From positions 34,622 through 98,621 of IMG/VR virus record IMGVR_UViG_3300021438_000010: 64,000 bases of DNA; one strand, 5' to 3'. Below, piece after piece: positions 9,991 through 20,365 of this stretch (positions are counted from its first letter, which is position 1; each line of letters begins with the position of its first letter). The position numbers and the translations under genes were made by a program. This DNA is from a virus. The notes beneath the pieces are model-generated. The model was not told the DNA's origin and made no database searches. It saw only the letters and a list, made by a program, of their open reading frames with translations.

Positions 9991-11066
9991 AGATCAAATC
10001 CTCCTAGGTCAACATCCTCTAAATCATTTTTACTAGCACCAATTTTATACGAAGTAATTTCATGTTCTTGTGGTGCAACTTGTACTGATTCACTATTCAT
10101 CCAAGGGTCAGTCCATCCAGATATTGGATTTCTAGTACCTTTATCATATGGCAAACCTATGTTTTTTCTTCTAGTCATGCATAGCCAATCTATATACTCT
10201 GCCATGACTTTTTCATTTAGACCAATAATTGATCCATCTTTAAATAGATACTCTGACCATGCTTTTTCTTCATTCGCTGCTGATTCAAACATAGCAACTG
10301 CTTCTTCTTGGCACTCTTCTGCTATCTTTACGAAACCTTCTTCTGGAACGCTATGAAGAATTTTAATAATTTCTTGAGTATTATAAAGATGTAATGCTTC
10401 ATCGCGTTTGATGAGTTTGATAATATCCGCATTCCCAATCATTTTCTTATTTTCTGCAAATGCGAATGCACAAATAAATGATACATAAAATCGAACCGCC
10501 TCAAGGATGTTAACGCTAATGAGAGTTAGGTAAATCTGCTTTTTTATATCTTTGACTTTGCCGGAATGACCTATTTCTCGTAAAGCGTTATATTCTTTGA
10601 TTGCTACGTTAGCTCTTTTAAGAATTTCTTTGTCTGTTAAGCAGCTATCTAATATTTCGCTAGGATTATTATATACATTCTTAATAATATATGTATAGCT
10701 GTAACTATGAATTTGTTCGAAAAATTGCCAAACATTCATACACGCTTCTAATTCTGGATTAGAAACATATTCTGTGAGAGTTGGCACACCACGACAGATA
10801 ACACTATCCATCATGGTTTGATACTTAAGATTAGAAGTAAAGATAAAACGCTCATTCTCTGACATTATATCGTCATTCTTGAAATCGTTTCTATCTTTCT
10901 TCAATTCTATTTCTTCTGGCCTCCAGAAGAACTCAATCTGTTTCTTGTATAGATCAAAAAATACAGGATATTTAAACTTGTCATATCTCTGTAGAGAAAG
11001 ATCTTCGCCTAGAAAAAGCGGTTGAGCAAGATAATCAACGTTATGTTTATTTAGTATTGTTTTCAT
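9987..11066 (-). CDS. nrdB: class Ia ribonucleotide reductase beta subunit
   Basis: FFWRPEE, EQIHSYSY, LEAVRFYVSF, RDEALH, VAPQE; ATGA overlap with nrdA. Confidence 0.95.
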   Translation of the reverse strand: MKTILNKHNVDYLAQPLFLGEDLSLQRYDKFKYPVFFDLYKKQIEFFWRPEEIELKKDRNDFKNDDIMSENERFIFTSNLKYQTMMDSVICRGVPTLTEYVSNPELEACMNVWQFFEQIHSYSYTYIIKNVYNNPSEILDSCLTDKEILKRANVAIKEYNALREIGHSGKVKDIKKQIYLTLISVNILEAVRFYVSFICAFAFAENKKMIGNADIIKLIKRDEALHLYNTQEIIKILHSVPEEGFVKIAEECQEEAVAMFESAANEEKAWSEYLFKDGSIIGLNEKVMAEYIDWLCMTRRKNIGLPYDKGTRNPISGWTDPWMNSESVQVAPQEHEITSYKIGASKNDLEDVDLGGFDL

Positions 11067-13291
11067 ATTGAGCAAGACCCCGATTCACATCCAGATGATT
11101 TTTCAGTATTTCCGTCACCATCCGGCGTGTTGCAATAGTAAAAGTTCTTTACACCATATTTATACCCCTGTATTTGATCTTTTATCAAAACGCTCAAGGG
11201 AATATTGCCGTCAGGGTAATGAGAATAATTATAATATAAATTAACACTTATGCTCATATCTACGAATTTCTGTAAAATAGCACAAATATTTAAAATAGCT
11301 TTATTATTTTCCATTTCCCACGCTAAAGTATAATAATTCTTACGAGAGGCATAATTAGGCACCAACTGCTTTAGAATGCCGTTTTTAGCCTTCTTGTAGG
11401 ACATTAGACTCCTAACGGGTTCAATGCCATTTGTGCTATTCTGGATGACGCTAGAGGACTCACAGGGCATTATGGCAGTTAGGGTAGAGTGTCTTAGTCC
11501 ATACTGCTTAATTCTGGAACGAAGACCTTCCCAATCCATAGTATACTCTGGCTTAACTAGTTCGTCAACTGTTTTTTTGTACCAATCAATAGGAAGCAAT
11601 CCGCGAGAATATTTAGTCTCATTAAATTTACTACATGGTCCCTTAAGTCTAGCAAGTTTGCAAGATTCATTAAGCAAATACCACTGAATCTTTTCCATAG
11701 TTTCATGGACTAATTTTAGTGCTTCTGGATCATCATACTTAAGCTTGTGCTTTGCCAAAAATGCTGCGAAGTTGGTTATTCCTACTCCTAAAGATCTACG
11801 ATTTTTAGTGAAATTCTCTCCAGCCTTAACTGGATAATCTTGATAATCAATTATTGATTCTAATGATCTTACTACAATTGAACATGCTTTTTCTATATCT
11901 TTTTCATTTTCTAATTCAAGTAAGTTTAGTGCTGAAAGAATACAAATACCGATTTCGCCCTCTTCGTCATCAATAGATGATATTGGAACTGTGGGGTGAA
12001 GAATTTCTTGGCACAAATTACTCATATAAACTGGAGCGTCCCATGACCCATGTTCATTGGCGTTATCAATATTCATTACATAGATGCGACCAGTTTCTAG
12101 TCTTTCTTTAGTAAAAATCTCAGCTAGCTTTCTAGCGTTAATTTTCTTCTTCATTTTTACATGGCGAGAGTTCTCATACTTCTCATATAGTTTTTTAAAG
12201 TCTTCATTGTTATTCATAGAACTATAAAGACCGCCAGTTTCATGTGGACTCATCAAAGTGATATCTTCATTCTTAATTAAGCGTTCATAGAAAAGCTTGT
12301 TGAACTGAACAGAGTAATCCAACTTCCTTACTCTATTATCGTCAGTTCCAGCGTTATTCTTGAGAGTCATTACATCTTCAATCTCATAATGCCAAAATGG
12401 AATATGAACAGTCGCAGAACCGCCGCGAATACCATTTTGGCTTGTGGCCTTGACTGTAGATTCAAATATCTTTAAGTATGGGATAAGACCGGTGTGAATA
12501 ACTTCTCCACCTCTTATACTTGAATTGATAGGTCTAATTCGCCCAATATTTAAACCAATGCCAGCCCTTCTTGCTGTATACTTTCCCACCGCGTGTACAC
12601 TTGAGAATATAGAACTTAAATCATCTTCAACGTCTACCAATACGCAACTAGCAAACTGCTTGATTTTAGTTCTCACGCCAGCCATGATTGGGGTTGGAAG
12701 ATTAATTTTAAATGTGGAGAAACATTCATATGCTTCTTCTACATCCTCTGCTGTCTCAAATAGAGACATAGCAATGCATACATAAGCAAACTGTGGTGTT
12801 TCATATATCTTACCAGTTGATCTATTTTTGATAAGATACTTATCTATCATTTGCTGTAACCCCGCATAGGTAAATAGATAATCTCTATCGTGGTCGATAA
12901 ACTTTTCTATCTTATTGATTTGATCTTCACTCCATTTGTGAAGTATAGCCTCATCATATACTCCAGCTTCTACATTGCTTTTTATATGAGATAAAAGACT
13001 TGGTGGAGAATCATACTTTTCCCATAAATCTTTCCTAAGAGACATATTCAGTAATCGTGATGCAACATACTGATAATTGGGTTTGCTTGGAGATGTTAGA
13101 TCATTGGCAGATTTGATTAAGATTTGATGGATTTCTTCTGTTGTTATTCCATCTTTTAAAGAGAGCTTGGCATTCATCTCTATGTCTGACCAAGAAACGT
13201 TAGCGATGTCTTTAATCGCCCATTCTACAACCTTATGAATTTTTTCAACTGTATAGACTTCGAAACTACCGTTCCTCTTCTGAACGCGCAT
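11063..13291 (-). CDS. nrdA: class Ia ribonucleotide reductase alpha subunit with ATP cone
   Basis: VQKRNG ATP cone, PTPIMAG, ASCVL, SNLCQEI, C-terminal CESGSC; no intron or intein evident. Confidence 0.96.
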   Translation of the reverse strand: MRVQKRNGSFEVYTVEKIHKVVEWAIKDIANVSWSDIEMNAKLSLKDGITTEEIHQILIKSANDLTSPSKPNYQYVASRLLNMSLRKDLWEKYDSPPSLLSHIKSNVEAGVYDEAILHKWSEDQINKIEKFIDHDRDYLFTYAGLQQMIDKYLIKNRSTGKIYETPQFAYVCIAMSLFETAEDVEEAYECFSTFKINLPTPIMAGVRTKIKQFASCVLVDVEDDLSSIFSSVHAVGKYTARRAGIGLNIGRIRPINSSIRGGEVIHTGLIPYLKIFESTVKATSQNGIRGGSATVHIPFWHYEIEDVMTLKNNAGTDDNRVRKLDYSVQFNKLFYERLIKNEDITLMSPHETGGLYSSMNNNEDFKKLYEKYENSRHVKMKKKINARKLAEIFTKERLETGRIYVMNIDNANEHGSWDAPVYMSNLCQEILHPTVPISSIDDEEGEIGICILSALNLLELENEKDIEKACSIVVRSLESIIDYQDYPVKAGENFTKNRRSLGVGITNFAAFLAKHKLKYDDPEALKLVHETMEKIQWYLLNESCKLARLKGPCSKFNETKYSRGLLPIDWYKKTVDELVKPEYTMDWEGLRSRIKQYGLRHSTLTAIMPCESSSVIQNSTNGIEPVRSLMSYKKAKNGILKQLVPNYASRKNYYTLAWEMENNKAILNICAILQKFVDMSISVNLYYNYSHYPDGNIPLSVLIKDQIQGYKYGVKNFYYCNTPDGDGNTEKSSGCESGSCSI

Positions 13292-13317
13292 AATTCCCTC
13301 TTTCTTTTAATCAACTA

Positions 13318-13956
13318 TCAATATTCGTTAAAAAGTTTTCTGAACAATCTTTCAAGTATAAACTTTAATATAACGGGCAATACAACATAGATTAGCAAGA
13401 ATGTTAGTACAACAGATCCATACATTACTTCTGGATCTTGTTTTACATTAGACATTACAAAATCTTTGCAGTCTCTTTTTAATTGCCTCTTGCTATATGA
13501 GTCGCACTCCGCAAAGTTTGTTCCACCTTGGCTAGCTATTGTAGCCCATTCGTTGCCATACTGCAAACATTTTTTGGCTAAAAAGTTTCTCTCTTCATCT
13601 TGATATTCAGCATCAATTTGAGCCTCTATGTCGCTAGTGTCGAAAGAGCTACCAAATAAAGCTTCTGAGTTTTCATCATACGAAAACTTTATATCTGGTA
13701 GATACTTTAGCTTTAGTGTACCACCCTCTTTGCCTAAAGTCAAGCCTTGAACATAGGCACTTAGTTTTATGATTTTTTTCCAAGTTACTTTTGGAAGAGA
13801 CTCTGTAAAAGATAATATGATATTTTCAGAGGTATCTTTGATTATCTTTATATCTAATGGCTGTGGAAAACTTATATTTAGATTTTTAATGTCATAGCCA
13901 TTTTTTGAAAATATAAAGTCAACAATTTGTTTGATTTGCGAAATTGGTATTGCCAT
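13318..13956 (-). CDS. hypothetical protein with C-terminal TM helix
   Basis: Hydrophobic VVLTFLLIYVVLPVILKF. Confidence 0.65.
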   Translation of the reverse strand: MAIPISQIKQIVDFIFSKNGYDIKNLNISFPQPLDIKIIKDTSENIILSFTESLPKVTWKKIIKLSAYVQGLTLGKEGGTLKLKYLPDIKFSYDENSEALFGSSFDTSDIEAQIDAEYQDEERNFLAKKCLQYGNEWATIASQGGTNFAECDSYSKRQLKRDCKDFVMSNVKQDPEVMYGSVVLTFLLIYVVLPVILKFILERLFRKLFNEY

Positions 13957-13957
13957 A

Positions 13958-14434
13958 TTAATTCTTCTGTATTAGTGACCAAGCCAAACCCATAAACCTA
14001 TCTGATAACTTGTTTTTTTCTTCATCTGATAATTTGTGATTATCATCGCCAGTGACCCCAGTGATAAGACCCAATACGCCATCATCAAACGATTCGTACT
14101 TGTCTTTTATAGAGCCTTGGAAAAAATCGGTTGCCGCTAAAACCAAGAGATCATTTAATTGTTGCAAATCAGTATCATACTTTTTAATACGATTGGCAAA
14201 TTCTTGACTATAAATAGCAACTTTAGCCCTATCAGTTGGATCAGTGATCAATGATGATACTGGCTTGACTAGTTCAACTATTTCATCACTTGGTTTGTCA
14301 ATATTTAGAATAGCAACTTCTGGTTTTGGTGATATTGGAATTACACTTAATATTGGTTGATATAAAGCTATTCCTATCAAAACAAGTGCTAATAAATTTC
14401 TGACCTTAAGAAACTTTTCCATCGTTGTCCTCAA
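13958..14434 (-). CDS. membrane-anchored/secreted hypothetical protein
   Basis: N-terminal hydrophobic segment. Confidence 0.65.
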   Translation of the reverse strand: MRTTMEKFLKVRNLLALVLIGIALYQPILSVIPISPKPEVAILNIDKPSDEIVELVKPVSSLITDPTDRAKVAIYSQEFANRIKKYDTDLQQLNDLLVLAATDFFQGSIKDKYESFDDGVLGLITGVTGDDNHKLSDEEKNKLSDRFMGLAWSLIQKN

Positions 14435-14681
14435 TTACTTTGTTTAATAGTGGAAATACTTCGTCTAATTTCTCAGACGCTACTGTTAAATGGTATTCAT
14501 CGCATTTGTTTTTTAGCTGATACCATAAACTAACTATTTCCAAGAATCCCTCTTCTTTATTTTCTAAAATTTTGGCATTAGACTTAGCAAATAGTCTAGA
14601 CACCCAGTATGGAATATCTACAAAATTAGTTGCTAATATAAGCAGAGCAATTACAATTAACCAAACATTCCACGATTCCAT
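14406..14681 (-). CDS. small membrane protein
   Basis: N-terminal TM helix. Confidence 0.6.
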   Translation of the reverse strand: MESWNVWLIVIALLILATNFVDIPYWVSRLFAKSNAKILENKEEGFLEIVSLWYQLKNKCDEYHLTVASEKLDEVFPLLNKVIEDNDGKVS

Positions 14682-14685
14682 CTTA

Positions 14686-15018
14686 TTACCTCTTTAAATT
14701 AGTGGTCTTTGCATGAAATGGGCATACTGTTTTATGACCATCTCCTTGAACAATTATTCCTGTACCTTTGCAAACGCATTTTGCGGGATCTGGATCAGTA
14801 TCCACAACTGGCTGTGGTTTTGGATCTACTTTGAAAACCTCTTTCTCTGCGTTGTCAAAAGCTGTCTTACACTTTTCTTGCCACTCCGTTACGTAAGAAG
14901 AGTACATATTTGTTATATCTTCTGGATTAACAGAAAACATATTATTTGAGCATCCAGCAAAAATAACTAGAAATAAAATTAATAATATTTTTGTTTTCAT
15001 AACTAACACTTTATTCAT
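14686..15018 (-). CDS. putative lipoprotein with CxCxGxG...CPFH zinc finger
   Basis: Lipobox-like FAGC; KCVCKGTG...GDGH..VCPFH. Confidence 0.65.
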   Translation of the reverse strand: MNKVLVMKTKILLILFLVIFAGCSNNMFSVNPEDITNMYSSYVTEWQEKCKTAFDNAEKEVFKVDPKPQPVVDTDPDPAKCVCKGTGIIVQGDGHKTVCPFHAKTTNLKR

Positions 15019-15343
15019 TAGATTGTAAAATTGTTACACTACCATCTTCATTTAAATTATATGAACCAATTAGTTTATTGATTTCTACAATGTCTTCTGG
15101 ACTTATTGAATTAATAAATTGACCAAGAGAATAATAAAATTCAAACACTTTTTTCGCATCTGTTCCTAATTGTTCTGATATTTTTGTCGCATTTACGCCA
15201 TTAGGATTATTCCAAATATTTTGTATTCCATTTCTATAAACAGTTGTTATATGCTCAAAAGTCTGAGATGTTGTTTTTTTGAGAACTCTTGTTACTAATT
15301 CTGGCATATTATTGTATGTAATACTCATATATATATTCTCCAA
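15011..15343 (-). CDS. hypothetical protein
   Basis: ORF directly downstream of the beta-helix gene. Confidence 0.6.
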   Translation of the reverse strand: MENIYMSITYNNMPELVTRVLKKTTSQTFEHITTVYRNGIQNIWNNPNGVNATKISEQLGTDAKKVFEFYYSLGQFINSISPEDIVEINKLIGSYNLNEDGSVTILQSNE

Positions 15344-15349
15344 TTTGTC

Positions 15350-16648
15350 TTAGGGTCCATACTCACTAAACAATCCACCAACTTGATTTAAACCTGTTCC
15401 ACTCCACCCTTGATTTTCTTCAAATCCATTGCCTAGAGTAAGGGTATAATAATTGTATATAGTTATTGGTGTACCTTGTCTAATGTTATTAAGGTGTACC
15501 TCATTTGGGTATGGTTCTATCATATAGATTTCATTTTGCCCAGTAACGTGCCAACCGTCAATAGAAAATAATCCCGCATCAAAGCTACCAAACCATTGCA
15601 TAGGAAGATTAGTTATACGTCCATATATATTTTTTAAAAAAATATGATCTATTTTAGGATTTATCCCATTTCCATTTAGACCCCTTTTATTAGCATAACC
15701 TATTACTCTTATACCGTTTGTTGAATTTAGATAACAACCATCAACGGTGACGTTGTAAATATCTCCACCCATACCTGTCCATCTAGGGTCAATTAAATTA
15801 CCTAATCCAACTCCTATCCCAAGATCCATGTTTTCATCAGTATTAAAAGCTATAGAATCATCATCACCATTAATACATGAATAGTTTTTAATTAACATAT
15901 TTTTGATGGTTCCATATAAATGAATGCCATCTTTGTTAGTTCCATATACTAAATTTTCATCTCCATCATCCCAAATTGACTGTAAATTTTCTATTACAGT
16001 ATTTTCTAATTCCATAAGAGCTAAAGAATAAGTTTTTGAATTTTTGATAATGACATCTCGCATTATAAAATTTTTACCCCAACCAATCCAAAATCCTAAA
16101 TTCCAAATACGACCATTATTTATGGTAGTGCTACTACCATTATATGGATTAGGTTGATTTAACTCCCATTTTGATTGATGTGCCGCATTGCAGTTCCAAG
16201 TCCCGCCAATTATTGAAATATTATCATGACTTGGTTCTGTTGGCAATACATATCCAGTTGTTAATAAATGCCAATTTGAACCCCCAGTTTGAAAAACTCC
16301 AGCACCAGAAAGACATCTTATTGTAGTGTTTCTCCATACTCTTAATGTTGATACCCTAGCTACACCGTCTATAATTACTTCAAGGGGCTTTCCATCTTGA
16401 GCTAAATCAAGTATAGCTTGCAGGGCGGCAGTATCATCTGTACCACCTCCAGTATTTATATTACTATTTAATGCACACCCATGCTTAGAAGCATAAATAA
16501 CACGGGATGATTGGGGCAAACCATTTTTTATATTCTCAAAAGTTATTTTTTTAGTAACAGGTGGACTTGAATTGTCTACTGTAACTAATAAATCATCATT
16601 TGTTATAGATGTTGCTGATGGTAGTTCTGTTATTTTTATATTAGCCAT
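15350..16648 (-). CDS. pectin-lyase-fold beta-helix protein (tail spike/depolymerase-like)
   Basis: KITELP..TKKITF virion-attachment-like N-terminus; TDDTAALQAILD; NKDGIH and GDDDSIA GH28-like motifs. Confidence 0.8.
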   Translation of the reverse strand: MANIKITELPSATSITNDDLLVTVDNSSPPVTKKITFENIKNGLPQSSRVIYASKHGCALNSNINTGGGTDDTAALQAILDLAQDGKPLEVIIDGVARVSTLRVWRNTTIRCLSGAGVFQTGGSNWHLLTTGYVLPTEPSHDNISIIGGTWNCNAAHQSKWELNQPNPYNGSSTTINNGRIWNLGFWIGWGKNFIMRDVIIKNSKTYSLALMELENTVIENLQSIWDDGDENLVYGTNKDGIHLYGTIKNMLIKNYSCINGDDDSIAFNTDENMDLGIGVGLGNLIDPRWTGMGGDIYNVTVDGCYLNSTNGIRVIGYANKRGLNGNGINPKIDHIFLKNIYGRITNLPMQWFGSFDAGLFSIDGWHVTGQNEIYMIEPYPNEVHLNNIRQGTPITIYNYYTLTLGNGFEENQGWSGTGLNQVGGLFSEYGP

Positions 16649-16656
16649 GTTAATTT

Positions 16657-16902
16657 TTAGTTATTTGGATGACCACTACCAGTAAAGAAGTAAGCCACAT
16701 CATCAAACCTATTCTTTAGTCTAGTTTCATTAGCAGTATATGAGTAAGACTTTTCGTATTCAAAAGGGCTTACAAGAGCTTGATAATTTCCACTGCCACT
16801 GATTGGCACTCCAAAAAAACAATATACAACGGCTGAACCGTTCTGAATAGTTTCTCTACCAGATACTACGTTGGTAATAACGTCTGTTGTTGTTATGGCC
16901 AT
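16657..16902 (-). CDS. small putative virion protein
   Basis: Late cluster; S/G/T-rich. Confidence 0.5.
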   Translation of the reverse strand: MAITTTDVITNVVSGRETIQNGSAVVYCFFGVPISGSGNYQALVSPFEYEKSYSYTANETRLKNRFDDVAYFFTGSGHPNN

Positions 16903-16914
16903 TTTAACCCCTTA

Positions 16915-17832
16915 TTAAAATATGTCTTTTAAGGTCCAAGCTACTTTTCTTGGAGGAAAACCGTTTACATCACTATATACCCAAGAGCCATTTTGTGCAA
17001 GCATTTCTGCCGCATCTCTTTCTCTAATCCAGAAACTGCCATCGGGTTGATCTAAACGTTTTTCACCATTGTTCCAAACTCCCCAAGAGTTTTGGACTAA
17101 GAATAGTGTTTCATCATATATTTCATGGGTATCATCCATCGCTATCCAAGCCATAGCGTGGCCCCACGAACCAGATCGTGCTGCTATTCCATACTTATCT
17201 CTTCTAGAACTAAATCCAGAATTACTGCATACGCTAATGGAATAACCATTAAATAGTGCATCACGCGCTTGATCTATAGTATTGATCAAACTTATGGTTT
17301 TGACTTGATTTTTCTGAGCATACTTAATTAGTTCCTCTGGAACCCCAGAGCGTCCCCATTTACCACCAATTGCACTATATTCTGAAAGATCATATTCACC
17401 ATACTTCTTACGAAGTAGAATTCCACCCGTTTCATGAACGAATCGTGCAGCACCAGCACAAGTCATACCTTCGCCACCGTGTCCGCGTGAGCCATAGATG
17501 CCTTCCGTGGCACCACGGGCTACGAATTCTTCTCGTTCGCCATTTATAATCTCACAGCTACGTGTAATATCTACGCTATTTCGCGTAGCATGTGACACAC
17601 AGTCACCTTGAACCTGCCTTTCTGACGGTCCAAATGCTGGGTCAAACTTTAATAAGGATTTAAATGGAAGTGCTAATTTTCCTTTACCGCTTCCAGAAAG
17701 ATCATGTGCTGCCACACCGAATAGTGGATGTGGCAGTTCTCCTAAGAGTTTATCTAACTCTTTTGGATCACAGTATGATCCTACAAAGCCTTCTTTATAG
17801 GCTTTTAATAAATCTTTAGGTGTTTTAAACAT
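16915..17832 (-). CDS. papain-like cysteine peptidase (C1 family)
   Basis: QVQGDCVSH (Cys), GHAM (His), QNSWG (Asn). Confidence 0.88.
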   Translation of the reverse strand: MFKTPKDLLKAYKEGFVGSYCDPKELDKLLGELPHPLFGVAAHDLSGSGKGKLALPFKSLLKFDPAFGPSERQVQGDCVSHATRNSVDITRSCEIINGEREEFVARGATEGIYGSRGHGGEGMTCAGAARFVHETGGILLRKKYGEYDLSEYSAIGGKWGRSGVPEELIKYAQKNQVKTISLINTIDQARDALFNGYSISVCSNSGFSSRRDKYGIAARSGSWGHAMAWIAMDDTHEIYDETLFLVQNSWGVWNNGEKRLDQPDGSFWIRERDAAEMLAQNGSWVYSDVNGFPPRKVAWTLKDIF

Positions 17833-17837
17833 TGTAA

Positions 17838-18062
17838 TTACTTTGTTGTGTTATCTTTAGCCCATTTAACAACAGTATTAATAACGACCACGGTAACTGG
17901 AACAACTAATGCTGTCATGCTGCCAAGGTCTAATTTTGTTAGATTTTCACCAACATATGTTAATAAGGCTGCTAAACCAACTAAAGCTGCATTCTTGCCA
18001 ACTGCAATTAAATCAGTTGTATTTAATGAAAATGCACCAGAACCACATTTGACTTCTGACAT
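17838..18062 (-). CDS. holin-like two-TM protein
   Basis: 74 aa, two hydrophobic helices, charged C-terminus, adjacent to the peptidase. Confidence 0.5.
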   Translation of the reverse strand: MSEVKCGSGAFSLNTTDLIAVGKNAALVGLAALLTYVGENLTKLDLGSMTALVVPVTVVVINTVVKWAKDNTTK

Positions 18063-18063
18063 T

Positions 18064-18657
18064 TTATGTCTCCTTGAGTTGAGAAATGCTTACTAAAAAT
18101 CCTCCATGCTCTTTATCGCTTATCCTATACGGAAATCCCATCATCTTGACTATCTTATCATCTACTGTTTTTACTATTTTGACTAGCTTTCTATTCATTT
18201 TTAAGCAAGATTTCAATTCATCAAAAAGATCTTCTCTATCTTCTTCTTTTATATAATTTAACCAATCATATCCTTCTACGCTGTTAACAACATCTTGTGT
18301 TAATTCATAAAAGTTATTATTTGTCCAAGTTAGTCTACCGTGATCGTCTGTTTCAAATAAAGCCACATCATTATAATGTAAGGCAGCTTTCGTTCGTTGT
18401 TCTATTACCTTTTGTCTTTTTTCCATTCTATTAATGGTAGATCTTAAGTCTACAATAGCGTCTTTTAAGCTATTTCCACCATTAGTTGTGAGTTCTTTTT
18501 TGATTGTTTCTAATGATTTACCAAGTTCTTCTTGTCCTTTTACGAAGTTTAATGTAGGTTTAATTGCTTTGACCCACATTATGCTAAAAAATGTTCCTAA
18601 ACCACCAACAATACTAAAAATAAAGGTGATATGTTCTGGATTTTTTATATCTAGCAT
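18064..18657 (-). CDS. membrane-anchored coiled-coil + PAS-domain protein
   Basis: N-terminal TM; ALFETDDHGRLTWTNNNFYELT...GYDWLNYIKEEDRE PAS signature. Confidence 0.75.
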   Translation of the reverse strand: MLDIKNPEHITFIFSIVGGLGTFFSIMWVKAIKPTLNFVKGQEELGKSLETIKKELTTNGGNSLKDAIVDLRSTINRMEKRQKVIEQRTKAALHYNDVALFETDDHGRLTWTNNNFYELTQDVVNSVEGYDWLNYIKEEDREDLFDELKSCLKMNRKLVKIVKTVDDKIVKMMGFPYRISDKEHGGFLVSISQLKET

Positions 18658-18671
18658 ATGTGCCTCCGTAG

Positions 18672-18719
18672 AAAAAAGAAGGATAAAGTGCCTTAAGATT
18701 TCTCAAAAGGCACTTATCC
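18672..18719 (-). terminator. intrinsic terminator
   Basis: GGATAA(A)GTGCCTT...AAGGCACTTATCC stem followed by a U-tract on the minus strand. Confidence 0.7.
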
Positions 18720-18730
18720 AAAATAACGAC

Positions 18731-19345
18731 TTATTCGTTACTATCTTTAGCCTTGTAGGCAACATTACGTGTTGGTAAGTAAGCTCCAAACATGTAAGTA
18801 AGTTCGCCGGGAACTGTTCTACTTAAAGTTGCAGCGTCATCAACTGCTGGATAATTACCGCTTGTTGATTGATAAGTAACTGCTGTGCCAGCACCAGTGC
18901 CTCTAGTTAAGCCTGGGAAAACACCACTAGATGGAGTTGCAAGTAGATTAAACTTGGTTGTTGCATATGAACCAACCTGAGTTGTCTTTAGATTCTTGTT
19001 GACAACATATTCTGTTGCACCGCCGGGGATTAATAGTGCAGTACTTGCTGAACCATTGATGTTAGTAGCATTGTCGCCAGCATTTCTTAATAAGAAATCT
19101 GTGCCGGGGGCTGGTGTATAGGCAAAAGTACCAGCACTTTTTACCTTTGTAACACCGTGAGGGTCGGTATAATCAAGTGGAGCAGACGGTGTATCTTGTA
19201 CAACGGCTGTGCCATATGATTTTACCAATGCTAAATTTGTTCTAATTGATAGATCAGTTAAATTTTCTGATACTGCACCGGCTTGGATGACAACGCCGCC
19301 GTCATTGTTGTACACATTTGCAGAAACTACTTTTTGGGATGCCAT
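18731..19345 (-). CDS. putative virion structural protein
   Basis: A/T/G/S-rich beta-type composition, strong RBS, own terminator. Confidence 0.55.
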   Translation of the reverse strand: MASQKVVSANVYNNDGGVVIQAGAVSENLTDLSIRTNLALVKSYGTAVVQDTPSAPLDYTDPHGVTKVKSAGTFAYTPAPGTDFLLRNAGDNATNINGSASTALLIPGGATEYVVNKNLKTTQVGSYATTKFNLLATPSSGVFPGLTRGTGAGTAVTYQSTSGNYPAVDDAATLSRTVPGELTYMFGAYLPTRNVAYKAKDSNE

Positions 19346-19426
19346 AATATTCTCCTTTTAAATTAAAATTTGCAAAATAATATGTCCGCATCCTTTAAAG
19401 TCCAGTTCCTAAAATTATATACACAT

Positions 19427-19906
19427 TTAGCAGAATTTGTCCTTTATGTTATTAGCTAATTTATGTATTTTACGCCTGACGCTTTCTCTATTTTTACCAT
19501 GTTTTTCAGATATTTCTGATATAGTCATATTACTAATTCTGTCCTCAATCAATTTTTTGTCTTCTTCGTTTTTAAACTCATCCATCAAATCTATCATCAA
19601 AAAATGATCTCTATCTGATGCAATATTACTATGTAATTTTCCTCCAAATTTATTTTTTTGATCAAACTTAATTTCTTTCATGCATTCAATAAAAACACCT
19701 TTATATAAATACGTTGTAAACTTTGCACCCTTTGTTTCATCGTAGTTTACAAAAGTTTTCCACAGTGCATTCATCTGACAAGTCCTAATTGAATCTGAAT
19801 CTAATTGATTTCTAAATCGTCTAGAAGCCTTATTCATTATTTTTAATATATTGTCATCTTTCAATGCGTTTTCAATCTTTACGTTAATACAATCATTCAT
19901 TTTCAA
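19427..19906 (-). CDS. phage sigma70-family RNA polymerase sigma factor
   Basis: Region 2 ALWKTFVNYDETKGAKFTTYLY; region 4 HTH MTISEISEKHGKNRESVRRKI. Confidence 0.8.
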   Translation of the reverse strand: MKMNDCINVKIENALKDDNILKIMNKASRRFRNQLDSDSIRTCQMNALWKTFVNYDETKGAKFTTYLYKGVFIECMKEIKFDQKNKFGGKLHSNIASDRDHFLMIDLMDEFKNEEDKKLIEDRISNMTISEISEKHGKNRESVRRKIHKLANNIKDKFC

Positions 19907-20351
19907 ATTCTCCTTTTATTAATTTTTGCTCAATATCAAATCTAACATCTTGAAAATCAAACATTTCACCTATTCCAACAAAAAATCTATATCTGCTAAA
20001 TATTTTTAAAATCTCAACGCCGGGAGTTTTATTTAATTTTTCTTTTATTTTTGGTGTTATGTCAAAATTTGTGTGTCCTATCCAACAGTCAAAATTAGAT
20101 AACATTGAAACATCTTCTATTATTTGAGGCGTAAGTGGCATCATTTGGCTTATAGCCATCGATGGCATGTTTTTTTTGATTGGCTCTTCATATGAGTCAT
20201 CGTCATCTTCTTCTTCTTCACCATCTATAGCATCTTCTAGGTTTTGTGCCAACATATTTTGAATTATATTTTGCAATATGGGACAAGACAATTGTTTTTC
20301 AATATAATCTTCATATTTTTGCCACCCAATCTTTTTTTCAAACTTTGCCAT
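19893..20351 (-). CDS. hypothetical protein
   Basis: ORF with acidic tract and RBS. Confidence 0.65.
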   Translation of the reverse strand: MAKFEKKIGWQKYEDYIEKQLSCPILQNIIQNMLAQNLEDAIDGEEEEDDDDSYEEPIKKNMPSMAISQMMPLTPQIIEDVSMLSNFDCWIGHTNFDITPKIKEKLNKTPGVEILKIFSRYRFFVGIGEMFDFQDVRFDIEQKLIKGEFENE

Positions 20352-20365
20352 ATTTATCTCCTATG

